Assembly: GCA_038087875.1 (NCBI GenBank)
Contig: JAXLNO010000270.1
Location: 124,001-188,000, forward strand
Direction: 5' to 3'
Length of the DNA: 64,000 bases
Origin: Malacoraja senta
Taxonomy: Eukaryota
Positions 1 to 12,985 of this stretch are shown here, in pieces. The translations under genes were made by a program, and so were the position numbers. Below the pieces are notes generated by a model. The model did not search any database and was not told where the DNA came from. It was given only the letters and a program-made list of their open reading frames with translations. Positions within the stretch are counted from its first letter, which is position 1, and each line of letters starts with the position of its first letter.

Positions 1-212
1 TGCGCTCCAAGCCATAGAGTCCCAGCCTGCTCGACCTTTGCCTCTGGCTCAGACCTTCTAATCCTGGCAGCATCCTCACCAACATCTTATATAACTGCAA
101 CATGACCTCCCAATTTCCATACTCGATACTCTGACTGATGAATAGCAATATGCCAAAAGCCTTCTCACCACCTGATCTACGTGCGACACCGCCTTCAGGG
201 AACTATGCACAT

Positions 213-1231
213 AATAATAATAATAATAATAATAAAAGTTATTTATGGGCGCCTTTCAAAAGTCTCAAGGACACCTTACAAAGTTTAACAAATAGTGTAG
301 AAACATGTAAGCGGAATGAAATAAATAGCAAAGACATCACCAGTACACAAATTAAAGATAGAATTAAATCCCAAAACAAAAATCAAAAATACAATATGGA
401 AGAGAGAGCAGCGGCTGCTAAAGCGCACCAGCGTCCACTTTCCCTTCCGACCGCCATCTTGGACATAGACTACACATAGACACTACACATTACACACAAA
501 ATCATCCCCCACAATGATTACCACTGTGGGGGAGGCACAATGTCTAGTCCCCAACCCCAGTTCACCCAAAGTCAGGCCTATTGAGGCCTCCACAGTTGCC
601 TCTACGGAGGCCCGATGTTCCTGGCCGTTCTCGCCGGGTGCAGTTGCCCCGGCGTCGGGAGAGTCCTCACAGCGGCTGGGACGGCGGGAACGGCCGATTT
701 CCTACCTGAGTCCGTGGCACCTGAAGCCGACAAGGCCGCGCCGATTTGGAGCTCAGAGGCTCCCGATGTTGGAGTCGGCGCCGCCGCCCGCGGCTGGTCG
801 CTCCGCAGTCCCGCAGCCCGGAGGTGTTGAGCTCGGCGGTCGCAGCTCACCGGAACTCCAGCGCGTCGATCCAGCGCGGCGACCCAGGCAAGGCATCGCC
901 CGCTCCGCTCCGCTTCGCTCCGCGATAGCGCTCCAGCGCTGTGCCGCCACCGAAGCTGAAGGTGCTGGGCAGTCCCCGCCAGGAACACGACGCTCCACGC
1001 CGCTCCACGCCCGCTGGTAGGCCGCAAGGACGGGTCGACGGGGCAGCCCGGAGAAAAAGCTGCCTCACCGACCAGGTAGGGACCTAGAAATATGTTCCCC
1101 CTTACCCCCCCCACATTAAAAGCCAAAATTCCCCAACAGACAAAGAAATAAAAAAACTAAAAACTAAGAAAAAAGTGAATTTAACGGACGGCTGCTGGTT
1201 AGCAGCCTTTCCCCAAGATGGCTCCTCCTCG
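213..1231 (-). mobile_element. Non-autonomous GC-rich retroposon (possibly dimeric) with an L2-like 3' end and (ATT)n tail
   Basis: Absent at the equivalent sites near 17731 and 59850; minus strand ends CCTTGAGACTTTTGAAAGGCGCCCATAAATAAC...(TAT)n; CAAGATGGC motifs near 455 and 1214. Confidence 0.7.
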
Positions 1232-2720
1232 ATGTACTCCTATATCTCTCTGCTCTACAACATTACCCAATAGACAAACGACAATGGATGCAGAACTAGC
1301 CATTGGACGCTTCGAGCCAGCACCGCCATTCAATGTGATCATGGCTGATCATCCCTAATCCAGATCATCCTGACCCGAACCATTCACTGTGTAGGTTCTG
1401 CCCATGATAGACTTCCCAAATATGCCAGTATATCCAATCTCACTGAACAGCATCGAGAGACATTCCATCCACAAATGATAAGCTTACTGTTCTATAGTTA
1501 ATAGCATTTTCACTGCAGCCCTTCTTGAATAAAGGCACAGCATTTGCTACCCTACAATCTTCTGGCAACCCTCCCGTATTTATAGACGACTCGTAAATTT
1601 CAAACAGGGATCCCACAATCTCCTCTGTGGTTTCCCACAATGACCGCGGATATATCTGATCAGGCCCTGGAGAGTTGTCTAACTTCATACACGATAGTAC
1701 CTCCAACGTACTATCGACCGTAATACTGACTGCTCTTATTACCCTGCCCTTGACTTCCCCAAGTTCCTCCGTCCTCCTCTCTTTCTCCTCCGTAAATACT
1801 TATGAGAAACACTCATTGAAGACCTTGCCCATCTCCTTTTGCTCCACACATAGTTGACCGTTTTGCATCCTGAGGGATCCCACTATCTCGTGTTACCTTT
1901 TCCATCCTTATATATTTATAAAATCTCTTGGGGTTTTCCTTAATGCTATTTGCCAGAGCTAGCTCCTTGCCTGTTTTTTGCCCTTCTGATTTTCTTTTTT
2001 AGTTTGCTCCTTGGTTCCCGAAACTGCGCTAGGGTTACACATGATCCCAGCTGCCTATACATGTCCAATGCGTGCTTTTATTCTTAAATCTTGCCTCAAT
2101 TTCTCCCGACATCCAAGGTTCCTTAGGTTTTCCTGTCTTGCCCTTCACTCCAACAGGGACGTGTCCATCCTGACCATTTGTCATCACACCTTTAAACACA
2201 TCCCACTTGGTTGATGCTCTTTTCCCCGCAAACCCGCTCCTATCAACTTGAGCGAGACACTCTCTCATGCCCGGAAAGTTGGCCTTACCCAAATTTTGCT
2301 TTTTAACGTGATTTCTCTTTCTTTCCCTTTTATCTATCTATCTATCTTAAACCTAATCGAACCTAATATGTAGGACCCTCTACATGTTGCTGACTATGGA
2401 GCGGATGTTTCTACTCGGTGGAGAGTATAGGACTAGAGATCATAGTGTCACAATTAAAGGACGTTCCTTTAGCAAGGAGAAGAGGAGAAATATATTTAGT
2501 CAGAGGGTGGTGAATCTGTGGAATTCATTATCACAGGACACCGTGGGTGCCGTCAATAGATGTCTTCCGGGCAGAGATAGATAGATTCTTGATTAGCACA
2601 TGTGTCAGGAGCTATGAGGAGAAAAAAGGAGGAAGGGGTTGGGAGGTTATACAGTAGAATAGCCACGATTGAATGGCGTTGACATGATGGGCCGAATGGC
2701 CTAATTATGCTCTGATCATT
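1232..2720. mobile_element. Old degenerate CR1 LINE fragments (both strands)
   Basis: SPGPDQIYPR / NAVPLFKKG / NYRTVSL remnants (minus) and FSQRVVNLWNSL (plus); duplicated at 17735-19220. Confidence 0.75.
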
Positions 2721-3439
2721 AATGCCCTTATGATCTGTAGAATTCACCCCACGGGGAAGACGCTGTTCCAGCTTTAAATGATGAATCAACTTCACTTGGT
2801 AATTTATATCGGAGTTTCGAATTACGAGCATTGTCTCAGCTGACAGCTCTTGCTTCTTATTCGTTCCTTTTCGTCTGTGTAACAGCACGAAAGTGTCTAA
2901 ACGGCATTCACAACTTAGCGTAGCGCCTAAACCGCATTCACAACTTACATGATCTCCCGGTTGCCAAATACTTTAATTTACTGTCCTTGGGGTCCTCCAC
3001 TGTTAGAGTGAGGCAAAAAGGAAATTGTTGGAACATCTTCTCATATTTTGCTTGGGAAGCTTGCAGCCTTGGGGTATGAAAAATGATTTATTTAGCTTCT
3101 AGTAACCCGTACATTATTTCTCTCTCCATCCCCGCATCTCAAGTAATATCAGCTTTCTGATCTCACCTTTTAAACAGCTAACAGTGGCATGTTTCCTTTA
3201 TCATTGTTACTTTTTTGCATATCTTTAATTCATTTGTTCTATATCACTTTACATTATCACGTATATATCTCGGTCTCTATGAGGTGATTTTCAGTTTGAA
3301 GAAGAATCTCGAACACAAATGTCACGCATTCCTTCTCTCCAGATAAGCTGCCTGTCCCGTTGCGTTCCTCCAGCATTGAGTGTCTATCTTCGGTTTAAAC
3401 CAGCATCTGCAGTTTCATCCTGCACATTTCGTCACACCG

Positions 3440-4900
3440 AAGGTCCAGGAAGAGAGAAGGTGGGTGCCCATGGTCAGAAACAGGAAGTGCAGGTGACTTC
3501 ACTGGCCATCCCACTTCAAATCAAATACACACTTGAGAGTGCTGACGTGGGGGGACCTCACGTCAAAGTTGAGCAGCTGTGGCAGGAAGGACTGTTACAT
3601 AAACTCTGCCACTGAGGCTCAGCAGGTAATGGCTACGTCAAGCAGAGCCACAATTGTAGATGACTACATAATTCGAGGTGCAGACAGGGGTTGATGTGGC
3701 AGCAATCGAGACTGAAGGATTGTGTGTTGCTTCCCTACTGCCAGGGTTCATGGCGTCTCGGAGCGGCTTCATGACATCCTCTGGAGGGAGGGAAGCAGCG
3801 GTAAGTCGTTGTGCATATGGTCACAAATTACGTAGGTGGGAAATGGAAGTACATTCTGCAACAAGAGTATAGGGAGTTGGGTAAAAAATTAAAAAAAAAC
3901 ATGACTCCCAGTGTCGTGATCTTTGGATCGGTTCAAGCGCCACGTGGTAGTGAGGGTAGGAACAGGAAGATACATGAGTTGAATCTGGGCTGAGAGGTTG
4001 GTGCAGAGGAAGATATTCAGATGTCTAGATCATTGTGATCACTTCTGGGGATGAGGTGGCCTTTCCAAGAACGATGGCTTACGTTAGCTTGAGAGGATTG
4101 AATATCCAGGCACGCATGATCGCTTGTGCTGCACGGGTGGGTTTCAATTAGATTGACAGGGCGGTGGGATCTCATCCGATAACGAGGCACATGAGAGTCA
4201 GGACGTTGGTATGGAGGGTGGGGAAAGGAAGTCAGTCAGCGAGTAGTGGCTGTTCGTTTAAATTATGCTAATTGTAATGCAACAAGCCTGATGGGTAAGA
4301 CACATGAACTTAGGGCTTGGATAGGTTTTTGCCGCCAAAGTGGATAACCTCACATTTATCTAATTTATACTGCATCTACCACGCATCTGCCCACTCACTC
4401 AACCTGTCCAGGTCACCCTGCAACCTCCTAACATCCTCTTCAAAGTTCACACTGCCACCCAGCTTTGTGTCATCTGCAAACTTGCTAGTGTTGCTCCTAA
4501 TTCCCTCTTCTAAATCATTAATATATATGGTAAACAGTTGCGACCCCAACACCGAGCATTGCGGCACTCCACTCGCCTCTGCCTGCCATTCTCAAAAAGG
4601 ACCCGTTCACTCCTTCTCTTTGCTTCCGGTCTCCCAACCAAATTTCTATCCATGTCAACACCCTACACCCAATACCATGTGCTCTAATTTTAGACACCAG
4701 TCTCTTGTCGAATGCCTCACTGAAATCCATGTATACAGCATCGACAAGTCACTTCTCAACGACATTTTGGTCACGTCTGCAAAAAACTCAATCAGACTTG
4801 CGAGACACTACCTTCCCCGTACAAAACCATGCAGACTATTCCTAATCAGAACTTGCTTATCCAAATCCCTGTATATCCAAATAACTGTAGTAAAGGTTGC
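3440..4900. mobile_element. Degenerate CR1 ORF1 esterase region (+) joined by a deletion to a CR1 RT fragment (-)
   Basis: Decayed esterase-like sequence; PQCSVLG...SKFADDTKLGG on the minus strand (4376-4567). Confidence 0.7.
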
Positions 4901-5003
4901 TTATCGGGCTGGTGGTCTGCGACTAGTGGTGTGCCTCAGGGTTCGTTGCTGAGCCCGTTACTGTATGTCATCTACCCCGCTGACTCTGCCATATCCGTAT
5001 TTC

Positions 5004-5436
5004 TTTGGAGCGCAGAAGGTTAACGGGGGACTTGATAGAAGTGTTTAAAATGATGAGCGGGTTAGGCAGAGTTGACGTGGATAAGCTTTTCCCATTGAGA
5101 GTAGGGAAGATTCAAACAAGGGGACATGACTTGAGAATTAAGGGTCAGAAGTTTAGGGGTAGCATTAGGGGGAACGTCTTTACCCAGAGAGTGGTGTCTG
5201 TGTGGAATGAGCTGCCAGTGGAAGTGGTGGATGCAGGTTCGATTTTATCCATTAAAAATAGATTGGATTGGTATATGGACGGGAAAGGAATGGAGGGATA
5301 TGGTCTGAATGCAGGTAGATGGGACTAGGGGGAAAGAAGTAGAAAGAAGGGGGAAAAAGTGTTCGGCACGGACTTGAAGGGCCGAGATCGCCTGTTTCCG
5401 TGCTGTAATGGTTATATGGTTATATGGTTATATGGT
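5004..5436 (+). mobile_element. 5'-truncated young CR1 insertion with (ATATGGTT)n tail
   Basis: ERRRLxGDLIEVFK...FTQRVVSVWNELP; TATTTC flanks at 4998-5003 and 5437-5442; empty sites near 27692 and 50822. Confidence 0.9.
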
Positions 5437-6478
5437 TATTTCCTGCTCAATATACCTGTCCAATTGTTACCTTTAAATTGCCTTTATTGCCTGAGATTAT
5501 CTTTATTGTATCGAGCTTCTCGGCGTCACTGCCTTATCAATATTTGGAGTGATCATTCTAATGACAATTAATGGCAGGACGCAATAAAGTGACTGAGCAA
5601 AATATATTGTAATAAGCCGTCAATATGCAAGAGTCACTTGGAGAATGGAGGAAAAGCTGAAAACGACTCACGAACGTGGATGACCCATACATCCCCCAGT
5701 GACATATCCAGCAACAAACCGCATATTTATGCACGCGCCTAAAGTCACTTTCTGACACATTTCTATGTGCTGTAATTGGTGTTACAATTGATCGGTGACC
5801 GAGAACCAACGAACCGACGCAAAACCAGAGCGCAGTGCTGAAGTACTATCTACCTCTTTGATCACCTAGGTCGGACTTTGCTGGCTTTACCTTGCACTAA
5901 ACGTTATTCATTTATAATGTCGTCCCTTATCACAGTGAATGGATCGATTGTAATCATGTGCTGTCTTTCTGCTGACTGGTTAGCACGTAAGAAAATCTTT
6001 TCACTGTACCTCGGTACACGTGACAATATACTAAACTAACCTTAACTAAACTAAACTAATCTAAACACATTTTTGAAAACAGTTTAACCTTCATGACACA
6101 ACACTGAACTTTCAACCTACTGCGTTGGAAACCTTTCATGACAACATTATAACTAATTGCATGTAATATCCTCGGTGAACTAAACATATTACACGTGCAC
6201 AATGAGTAAAACCAGTTTTTGGTAAGTGTTTGTTCAATGGCCAGAAGCTAACGTGACTCTGGAGGGTACCAATTAGCTCAGTGGGCGTTCCGTGGTGTGT
6301 AATAACACGTTGATCTGCTGCATGTCGCTTCGTACGAATGCTCGCTGCTTCAGGTAGAAAATGGAGTATCCAGCGATTTTCCACGTTGCAACAAATTACT
6401 ATCCTGTACTTGCAGCGATCGGCATTCCTGGTAAGGTACTAGAACTGACTCGGCGACCGTTTCAAGGAACAGTTAGGG

Positions 6479-6615
6479 AAGGCGGCACGGTAAATATGTA
6501 CAAAATTTTCCTAATATGTGATGGATAGTGCTAATGTGCGGGGATAGCTGGTCGGTGCGGACTCGTTCGGCATGTTTCAGCGCTGTATATCTAAACTAAA
6601 CTAAACTGAACTTAA
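6479..6615 (+). mobile_element. Internally deleted tRNA-derived SINE (unit A copy)
   Basis: GGCGGCACGGT joined directly to AAATATGT; about 190 nt missing relative to 29568-29895; (CTAAA)n tail retained. Confidence 0.75.
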
Positions 6616-6978
6616 ACTTGGTCCGCCAACGCCTATTTATTCTAATGGTTGCTAAGCATTTGATATCGCCTTTCATTCACATACTGACCTTTCTGACCTG
6701 CGCCTTTGTCAGAGTGCGGCGGCACACAAACCGAACGCCAACTCCTCATAATCCGCTTGATTAGCTCACAAACTGATTGAGTGCTTTCTCAAATATATTA
6801 GGCATCGAATCCACATCCACACCCTCCCTATCTGCCACTCAGTTATGTGTTCTACCACCGGTCCTCGCACCCAATTCTATCACACACCTCCCCTTCCATC
6901 GACATTTCTTCTCCTGGCTTCACAATGCACATCCTTTGGCATATCTCAAAACGTTTGTCTTTTGACATCTGCGAATGT

Positions 6979-7267
6979 TAGTTTAGTTCAGTTCAGTCCT
7001 GAGATATAGCGCGGAAACAGATCCTTCGGCCCACCCATGCCGCCCATTAATCCCCACAGCGTAACAATAACCGACACAGATTAGGTACAATTTACACTTA
7101 TACAAAATCAATTAACATTCATGTACGTTTATGGAGTGTGGGGTGCAACCGGAGCACCCACACAGTACAAGGGGAGAAGGTACAAACTCCATACAGACAG
7201 TATCCGTAGGCCGGATGAAATCCGTGTCTCTGGCAGCAACATTACCACTGCGCCACCGTGCCGCCCC
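6979..7267 (-). mobile_element. tRNA-derived V-SINE/HE1-like element (also about 30258-30548 and 52520-52810)
   Basis: Minus strand begins GGGCGGCACGGTGGCGCAGTGGTAA, contains TGTATGGAGTTTGTACCTTCTCCC, ends in (CTAAA/CTGAA)n. Confidence 0.75.
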
Positions 7268-7388
7268 ATGTTGAACCCATCTGCTCAACTATTTCCACCT
7301 ATAATTCGCCAGGCTTTGCCCTGTCGCTCCTTTTTTTTAATAGGTTTCCTCAACCACCACAATCAATCTGAGGAAAGTACCCGAGCAA

Positions 7389-7692
7389 TTGCTGACCCGC
7401 TGAGTTACTCCAGCACTTTATACCTATCCATGTCCTCTAGAGATATTCCTAACCGCAGAGATACTCCAGCACTTTGTACCTATCCATGTTTTCCAGAGAT
7501 ACTGCATGACCCACTGAGTTACCCCAGCACTTTGTATCTATCCGTGTTCTCCAGAGACGTTGCTTGACCCGCTGAGTTACAACACACTTTGTTCCGATCC
7601 GTGTTCTGCAGATATGCTGCCTGATGCGCTGAGTTGCTCCCCCACTTTGTGCCTATACGTGTACACCAGAGGTTTTGCCTGACCCACTGACT
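7389..7692 (+). repeat. About 54-bp minisatellite (about 6 units) derived from Penelope terminal sequence; also about 30668-30970 and 52927-53232
   Basis: Unit approx. GCCTGACCCGCTGAGTTACTCCAGCACTTTGTACCTATCCGTGTTCTCCAGAGATGT, resembling the Penelope end at 12925-12985. Confidence 0.85.
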
Positions 7693-8029
7693 TGATCCTG
7701 TACGTTGTGCATGCTTTACACTACCATTCTGCCATTCCTTGTATCTGCTATTTGCGTGTCTCGTCTTTCATATTTCTCTTCTTACAACGTAGACTCGCCG
7801 TTTACCAGGAAAAATTTCTTCCGTGCCAAAGATCTCGCTGCGTGGCAGTCGCGAAGAGAATTATTCTGTTGATCGACACAAAATGCTGGAGTAACTCAGC
7901 GGCACTAGCAGCATCTCTGGAGAGAAGGAGTGGGTGACGTTTTGGATGTCTTTGGACCCTTCTTCTCGACCTGAAACGTCACCCATTCCTTCTCTCCCGA
8001 GATGATGACTGTCCCGTTGAGTAAAATAT

Positions 8030-10640
8030 AGCGATGATGAGCGGGAAGCCAGAGGATTGGGGAACATTTGGAGCACAACAGAGGGTAACTAAAAAGGCAA
8101 TCGGGGAGAGATGATGGACGAAAGTATGCTAGCCAAGAATATAATGGAGGATAGTAAAAGCTTATTTAGTTATGTGAAGAGGAAAAGATTAGTTAAGACA
8201 AATGTGGGTCCTTTGCAGACAAAACAGGTGAACGTATTATTGGGAAAAGGAAATGGCAAACGAGTTGAGCAGGTACTTTGGTGCTGTCTTCACTATGGAA
8301 TACACAAACAATCTTCCAGTTGTACAGGGGGGACAGAGAATCTAGGGTGACGGAGGCACTGAACGATATTCACATTAGTCCGGAAATGTTTTCGATGGAA
8401 CTGATGGGACTGAAGGCTGATACATCCCCAGGGTACACATGTAGGTGGCTCTAGAAATCGTGGAAGCATTGGTGATCCAATATTCTAAAGATTCTGGATC
8501 AGTTCCTGTGGATTGAATGGTAGGTAATGTTATCCCACTTTTTAGGAAAGTACGGAAAGAGAAACAGGGAATTGTGGAGCAGTTAGATTCATATCGGTGG
8601 TGCGGAATATGCTGGAGTCGATTATCAAAGGTAATAGCGGCGCACTTGGATAGCAGTAAAAGGATCGGTCTAAGTCAGCATGGATTATAGAAAGGGAAAT
8701 CCTGCTTGACAAATGTTAAGCAATTTTTTGAGGATGTAACCAGTAAAATGGATAAGAGGGAAAGTGGACGAAGTGTACTTGATAAGGTCTCACACATGAG
8801 ATTAGTGGGCAAAATTGAGCACACGGTATAGGGGGTAGGATATTCACATGGATAAAAACCGGTTGGCAGGTAGGAAACGAAGATTATTAATATACGGGTC
8901 CCTTTCAGAATGGAAGGCAGTGGATAGTTTGGTGTCGCAAGGTTCGGTGCTGGCACCGCTGCTATTTACAATATCTATTGATGATTTAAATGAAGAAATT
9001 AAAAGTGACATTAGCAAATTCGCAGATGACACGAGGCTGTGTGGCAGCGTGAACTGTGAAGATACAATACGATACAAATGTATTGTCATTTGAACGTCAA
9101 CAGAAGTTCAAACGAAATTTTGTTTCTGCGGTCATACAACAAGAAAAGAACCAAGACACAAAAAGAGCACAATTTACACAAACATCCATCACAGTGAACC
9201 TCCTTCTCACTTTGTTGGAAGGCAAAGTCTTGTCTCTCGCCTGTGTTCCATTCTTCTCCGGATGTTAAAACCTTCGGAGGGCGATGGCAAGTCCCGCGTC
9301 CGTTACGGCCGGTCCGGGTCACCCTCAACCCCGCAACTCGGGCGGGAGAAGTTGCCGTTGCGGGAGCTCCGAAAAGCGGTCTGCCACCAGGGACACGCGC
9401 GCTCCCGATGTCACCGTCCACCGGACCGACGGCTGGAGCCACCGAGCTCCGGAGTCGGGTCGCAGCAGCGCGGCACCACAGCTCTCCACGCTCCGAAACC
9501 GGCCAGCCCCACCATGGCTGCGCGACTGGAGCACCCAGGTTGATCCGTTTGGAGGCCGCACCACAGTGCCGCCCCAACGACAACGGAGACACGACAGGGA
9601 AAGGTCGGGTCCCCCGTACAGGGAAGATATTTAAACGTTTCCCCCACCCCCACTCCCGCGCCCCACATATACACAGCTAAAAACAATATAATATCCATAA
9701 CAAACTATACATTCAACGGGACAAAAAATTAAAATAAAAAATAAAAAGGGGATACTTTGTTGATGAAGGGTGACTTGTATAGTTTGGGTGAGTGGGCAGA
9801 TGCATGACAGATGCAATGTAATGTGGATAAATGTGAGGTTATTGACTTTGGTGGCAAGAACAAGAAGGCAGGTTATTATTTGAAAGGTTTCAGATTAGGA
9901 AAAGGGGAAGTACAACGAGACCTGGGTGTCCTTGTACATCAATCACTGAACGTAAGTATGCAGTTAAAGCAGGCAGCGAAGAAAGCTAATGGCATGTTGG
10001 CCTTCATAACGACAGGATTTGAGTATAGAAGCAAAGAGGTCCTTCTACAGTTTTACAGGGCGCTGGTTGGACCACACCTGGAGTTGTGTGTGCAATTTGG
10101 GTATCATAACTTCAGGAACGACATTCTTTCTCTTGCGAACGTGCATCGTAGGTTCACGAAGTTAATTCCCTGGATGGTTGGACTGTCATATGATGAAAGA
10201 ATGGAACGACTGTGTTTGTATACACTGGAACTTAGAAGGAATAGGGGATCTTCCAGAAACATATAAAATTATTTAGCGATTAGATAAGCTAGATGCCGGA
10301 ATCATGGTCCCGATATTGGGGAGTCCAGAACCAGGGGCCACAGAATAACAATAAGAGGTAAGCCATTTAGAACTGAGACGAGAAAAAACGATTTCACCCA
10401 GAGAGTTGTGAATTTGTGTAATTCTCTGCCTCAGAAGGTAGTGGAGGCCGATTCACTGGATGCATTCACAAGAGAGTTAGATAGAGGTCTTAGGGTTAGC
10501 TGAATCCATGGATATGGGGAGAAGGCGGGAACGGGGTTCTAATTTTGGATGATCAGCCATGATCACAAAGAATCGCGGTGCTGGCCCGAAGGGCCGAATG
10601 GCCTACACCAGTATCTATTTTCTATGGTTCTATGATTCCA
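8030..10640 (+). mobile_element. Degenerate intronic CR1 ORF2 (also 31310-34299 and 53575-55500)
   Basis: SQGSVLAPLLF, ISKFADDT, NVDKCEVI, FEYRSKEVLLQ motifs with many stops and frameshifts; (TTCTATGG)-type tail near 10620. Confidence 0.85.
9066..9750 (-). mobile_element. GC-rich non-autonomous retroposon with (TATTG)n-type tail; shared with unit B (32350-33643)
   Basis: GATAC target duplication (9061-9065 / 9751-9755); empty site in unit C near 54614. Confidence 0.8.
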
Positions 10641-10869
10641 TGATTCACTCTTTCTCTATCTTCGGTTTAAACTAGCATCTGCAGTTCCTTTCCACACAAA
10701 TTATTCTGCTACTTCATTTTCGAATATTGTTTCATGTTACATTAATGGTTAATTTTATCAGGATATTTGAATTCGAATCTCAACATAACCATAACCATTT
10801 GCACATATGAAGTATATCTAATTACCTTACCAAACATTTAAAAAACAAGTGCATGCAAGAATTGCAGAC

Positions 10870-11320
10870 GCTAGATCAAATCCGAGGTAGACAGCAAATG
10901 CTGGAGTAAATCCGCGGGTGAGGCAGCATCCCTGGAGAGAAGGAATTGTCGACGTTTCGGGTCGAGACCCTTCTTCAGGAGTGGGCGAGACCCTTCATGG
11001 GAGTGGGCGGGACAAATATAGAATGTAGGTGGAGACAATATGATTAGTGGGAAAACTGGGATGGGGAGGGCATGGGGAGGGAAAGCAAGGGCTATCTGAA
11101 GTTAGAGAAGTCAATGTTCATATCGCTATGGTGTAAACTACCCAAGCGAAACATGAGGTGCTGCTCATCCAATTTGCGCTGGGCCTCACTCTGACAATGG
11201 AAGAGGGCCAGGACAGAAAGGTTTGATAGGGAATGGAAGAGGGTGTTGAAGTGCTGGGCCACCGGGGGATCAGATAGATTAAGACAGAGTGAGCGGAGGT
11301 GTTCATATCCCGCCGAAACA
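10870..11320 (-). mobile_element. Penelope-like element 3' fragment, inverted (also about 55715-56125)
   Basis: EHLRS...VAQHFN...HCQSEAQRKLDEQHLMFRLGSL (C-terminus of the GIY-YIG region), followed by terminal sequence with a hammerhead core. Confidence 0.8.
10951..10978 (-). ncRNA. Minimal hammerhead ribozyme core of a Penelope terminal repeat
   Basis: Minus strand CTGAAGA-A-GGGTC-TC-GACCC-GAAAC-GTC = CUGANGA / stem II / GAAA / GUC triplet; stem I is weak. Confidence 0.7.
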
Positions 11321-12985
11321 CCCTGGTCAACTCGACCCTTCCCACCCAAACCACCCGCCCCATGTAATATTCCCTTCAACCGCAGGACATGCTACACCCG
11401 GAACTTTACCTCCCCCCTCGACTCCATCCAAGGACTCAAATTACTCCTCAATGACATTATTCTTCCAGACACCCACTCCCTTTTCTTTACTCTGCATGGC
11501 CAGTCAATCTCCACCTCCATCCCCCACCAGTATGCTGTTAAAGCCCTCCGTTTCTTCCCCATCGGCAGAACCATCCAATTTCCCTCTACCAAGAATCTAC
11601 TCCGCCAGCAGAGCTGGTCCTTACCCTCACATTCTCCTTAGACTCCTCCCACTTCCCCAGATCCAAGGCGCAGCGATGGGCACTCGCATGGGCCCTAGCA
11701 ATGCTTGCCTCTTTGTAGGCAACGTCGAACATGCCCTGTTCCAGGCGGACACTGGCCCAATCCCCGAACTTTACCTCAGCTACATTGACGACTGCATTGG
11801 TACTACCTACTGCACCCATGCAGAACTCACAGACTTCATCAACTAGACTACAAATTACCATCCTGCACTCAAATTCACTTGGACAATCTCCGACATCTCC
11901 CTACCGTTTCTAGATCTCACCGTCTCCATCACAGGAAACAGACTATTGACCGGCATCTACTGCAAATATACTGACTCCCATTTCTATCTTGACCACAATT
12001 TTTCCCACCCTCCTTCCTGTAAAGACTACCACCTATTCCCAATTCATCCGTCTATGCGGCATCTGCGCGCAGGATGAGGTGTTCCATGCCAGGGCATCGG
12101 ATATGTCCTCAGTCTTTAGGGAACGGGGTTTCCCCTCTTCCATTATAGACGAAGCTATCACAAGGGTCTCGTCGATATCCCGTGCTCCGCTCTTACTCTC
12201 CCTCCCCCCATTCTTAACAAGGATAGTCACCCTTGTCCTCACCTTCCACCCCATCAGCCATCTCATACAGCATATAATCCTCCAACATTTTCGCCACCTC
12301 CAACGGGAACCCACTACTGGCCACATCTTCACATCTCCACCCCTTTCAGCTTTCTATAGAGGCCGTTCGCTCCGAATCTCCCTGGTCAACACGTTCCTCC
12401 CACTAAAACCAAGCCTTACCCAGATACTTTCCCCTGCAAACGCAGATGATGCAACACCTGTCCCGTTACCTCCTCCCTCGACTCCATACAAGGACGCACA
12501 CAGTCTTTCCAGGTGAGGCAGAGGTTCACTTACACTTCGCCCAACCTCATCTACTGTATCCGCTGTTCCAGGTGACAACTTCTCTACATCGCCGAAACCA
12601 TGCGCCGGCTCGACGATCATTTCGCTGAACACCTCCGCTCAGTCAGTCTTCAACTCCCGCTTCAACTCCACCTCCCTTTCCCAAACTGACCTCTCTGTCC
12701 TGGACCTCCTCCATTGTCAAATTGGAGGAACAGCATCTCATATTCCACTTGGGTCGTTAACACCGCAGCGGAATGAACATTGACTGCTCTAACTTCATAT
12801 AGTCCTTGCTTTCTCTCTCCATCCCCTTCCCCTTCCCAGTTCTCCCACGTCTTACAGTCTCCACCTACATTCTAACTTTGTCCCTCCCCCTCCCCTGACT
12901 TCTCGACGCGAAACGTTACCCATTGCTTCTCTCCAAAGATGCAGTCTCACCCTTTCAGTTACTCTAGCATTTTGTGTCTACCTTT
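11321..12985 (+). mobile_element. Penelope-like element (RT + GIY-YIG endonuclease), degenerate; also 34300-35268 + 44823-45390 and 56130-57737
   Basis: QIQGAAMGTRMGPSNACLFVG, YIDDCIG, LKFT, FLDL, YSQFIRL; GIY-YIG NLIYCIRCSR..LYI.ET.RRL..HF.EHLRS at about 12540-12640. Confidence 0.9.

Noticed and set aside
514..1126. Overlapping GC-rich ORFs (also 9086-9698, 32370-33732, 63154-63971)
   Set aside because: Low-complexity Ala/Arg/Pro frames on both strands inside non-coding repeats; no recognisable domains.
7389..7692. CRISPR-like regular repeats
   Set aside because: Contiguous tandem units without unique spacers, no cas genes, vertebrate context.
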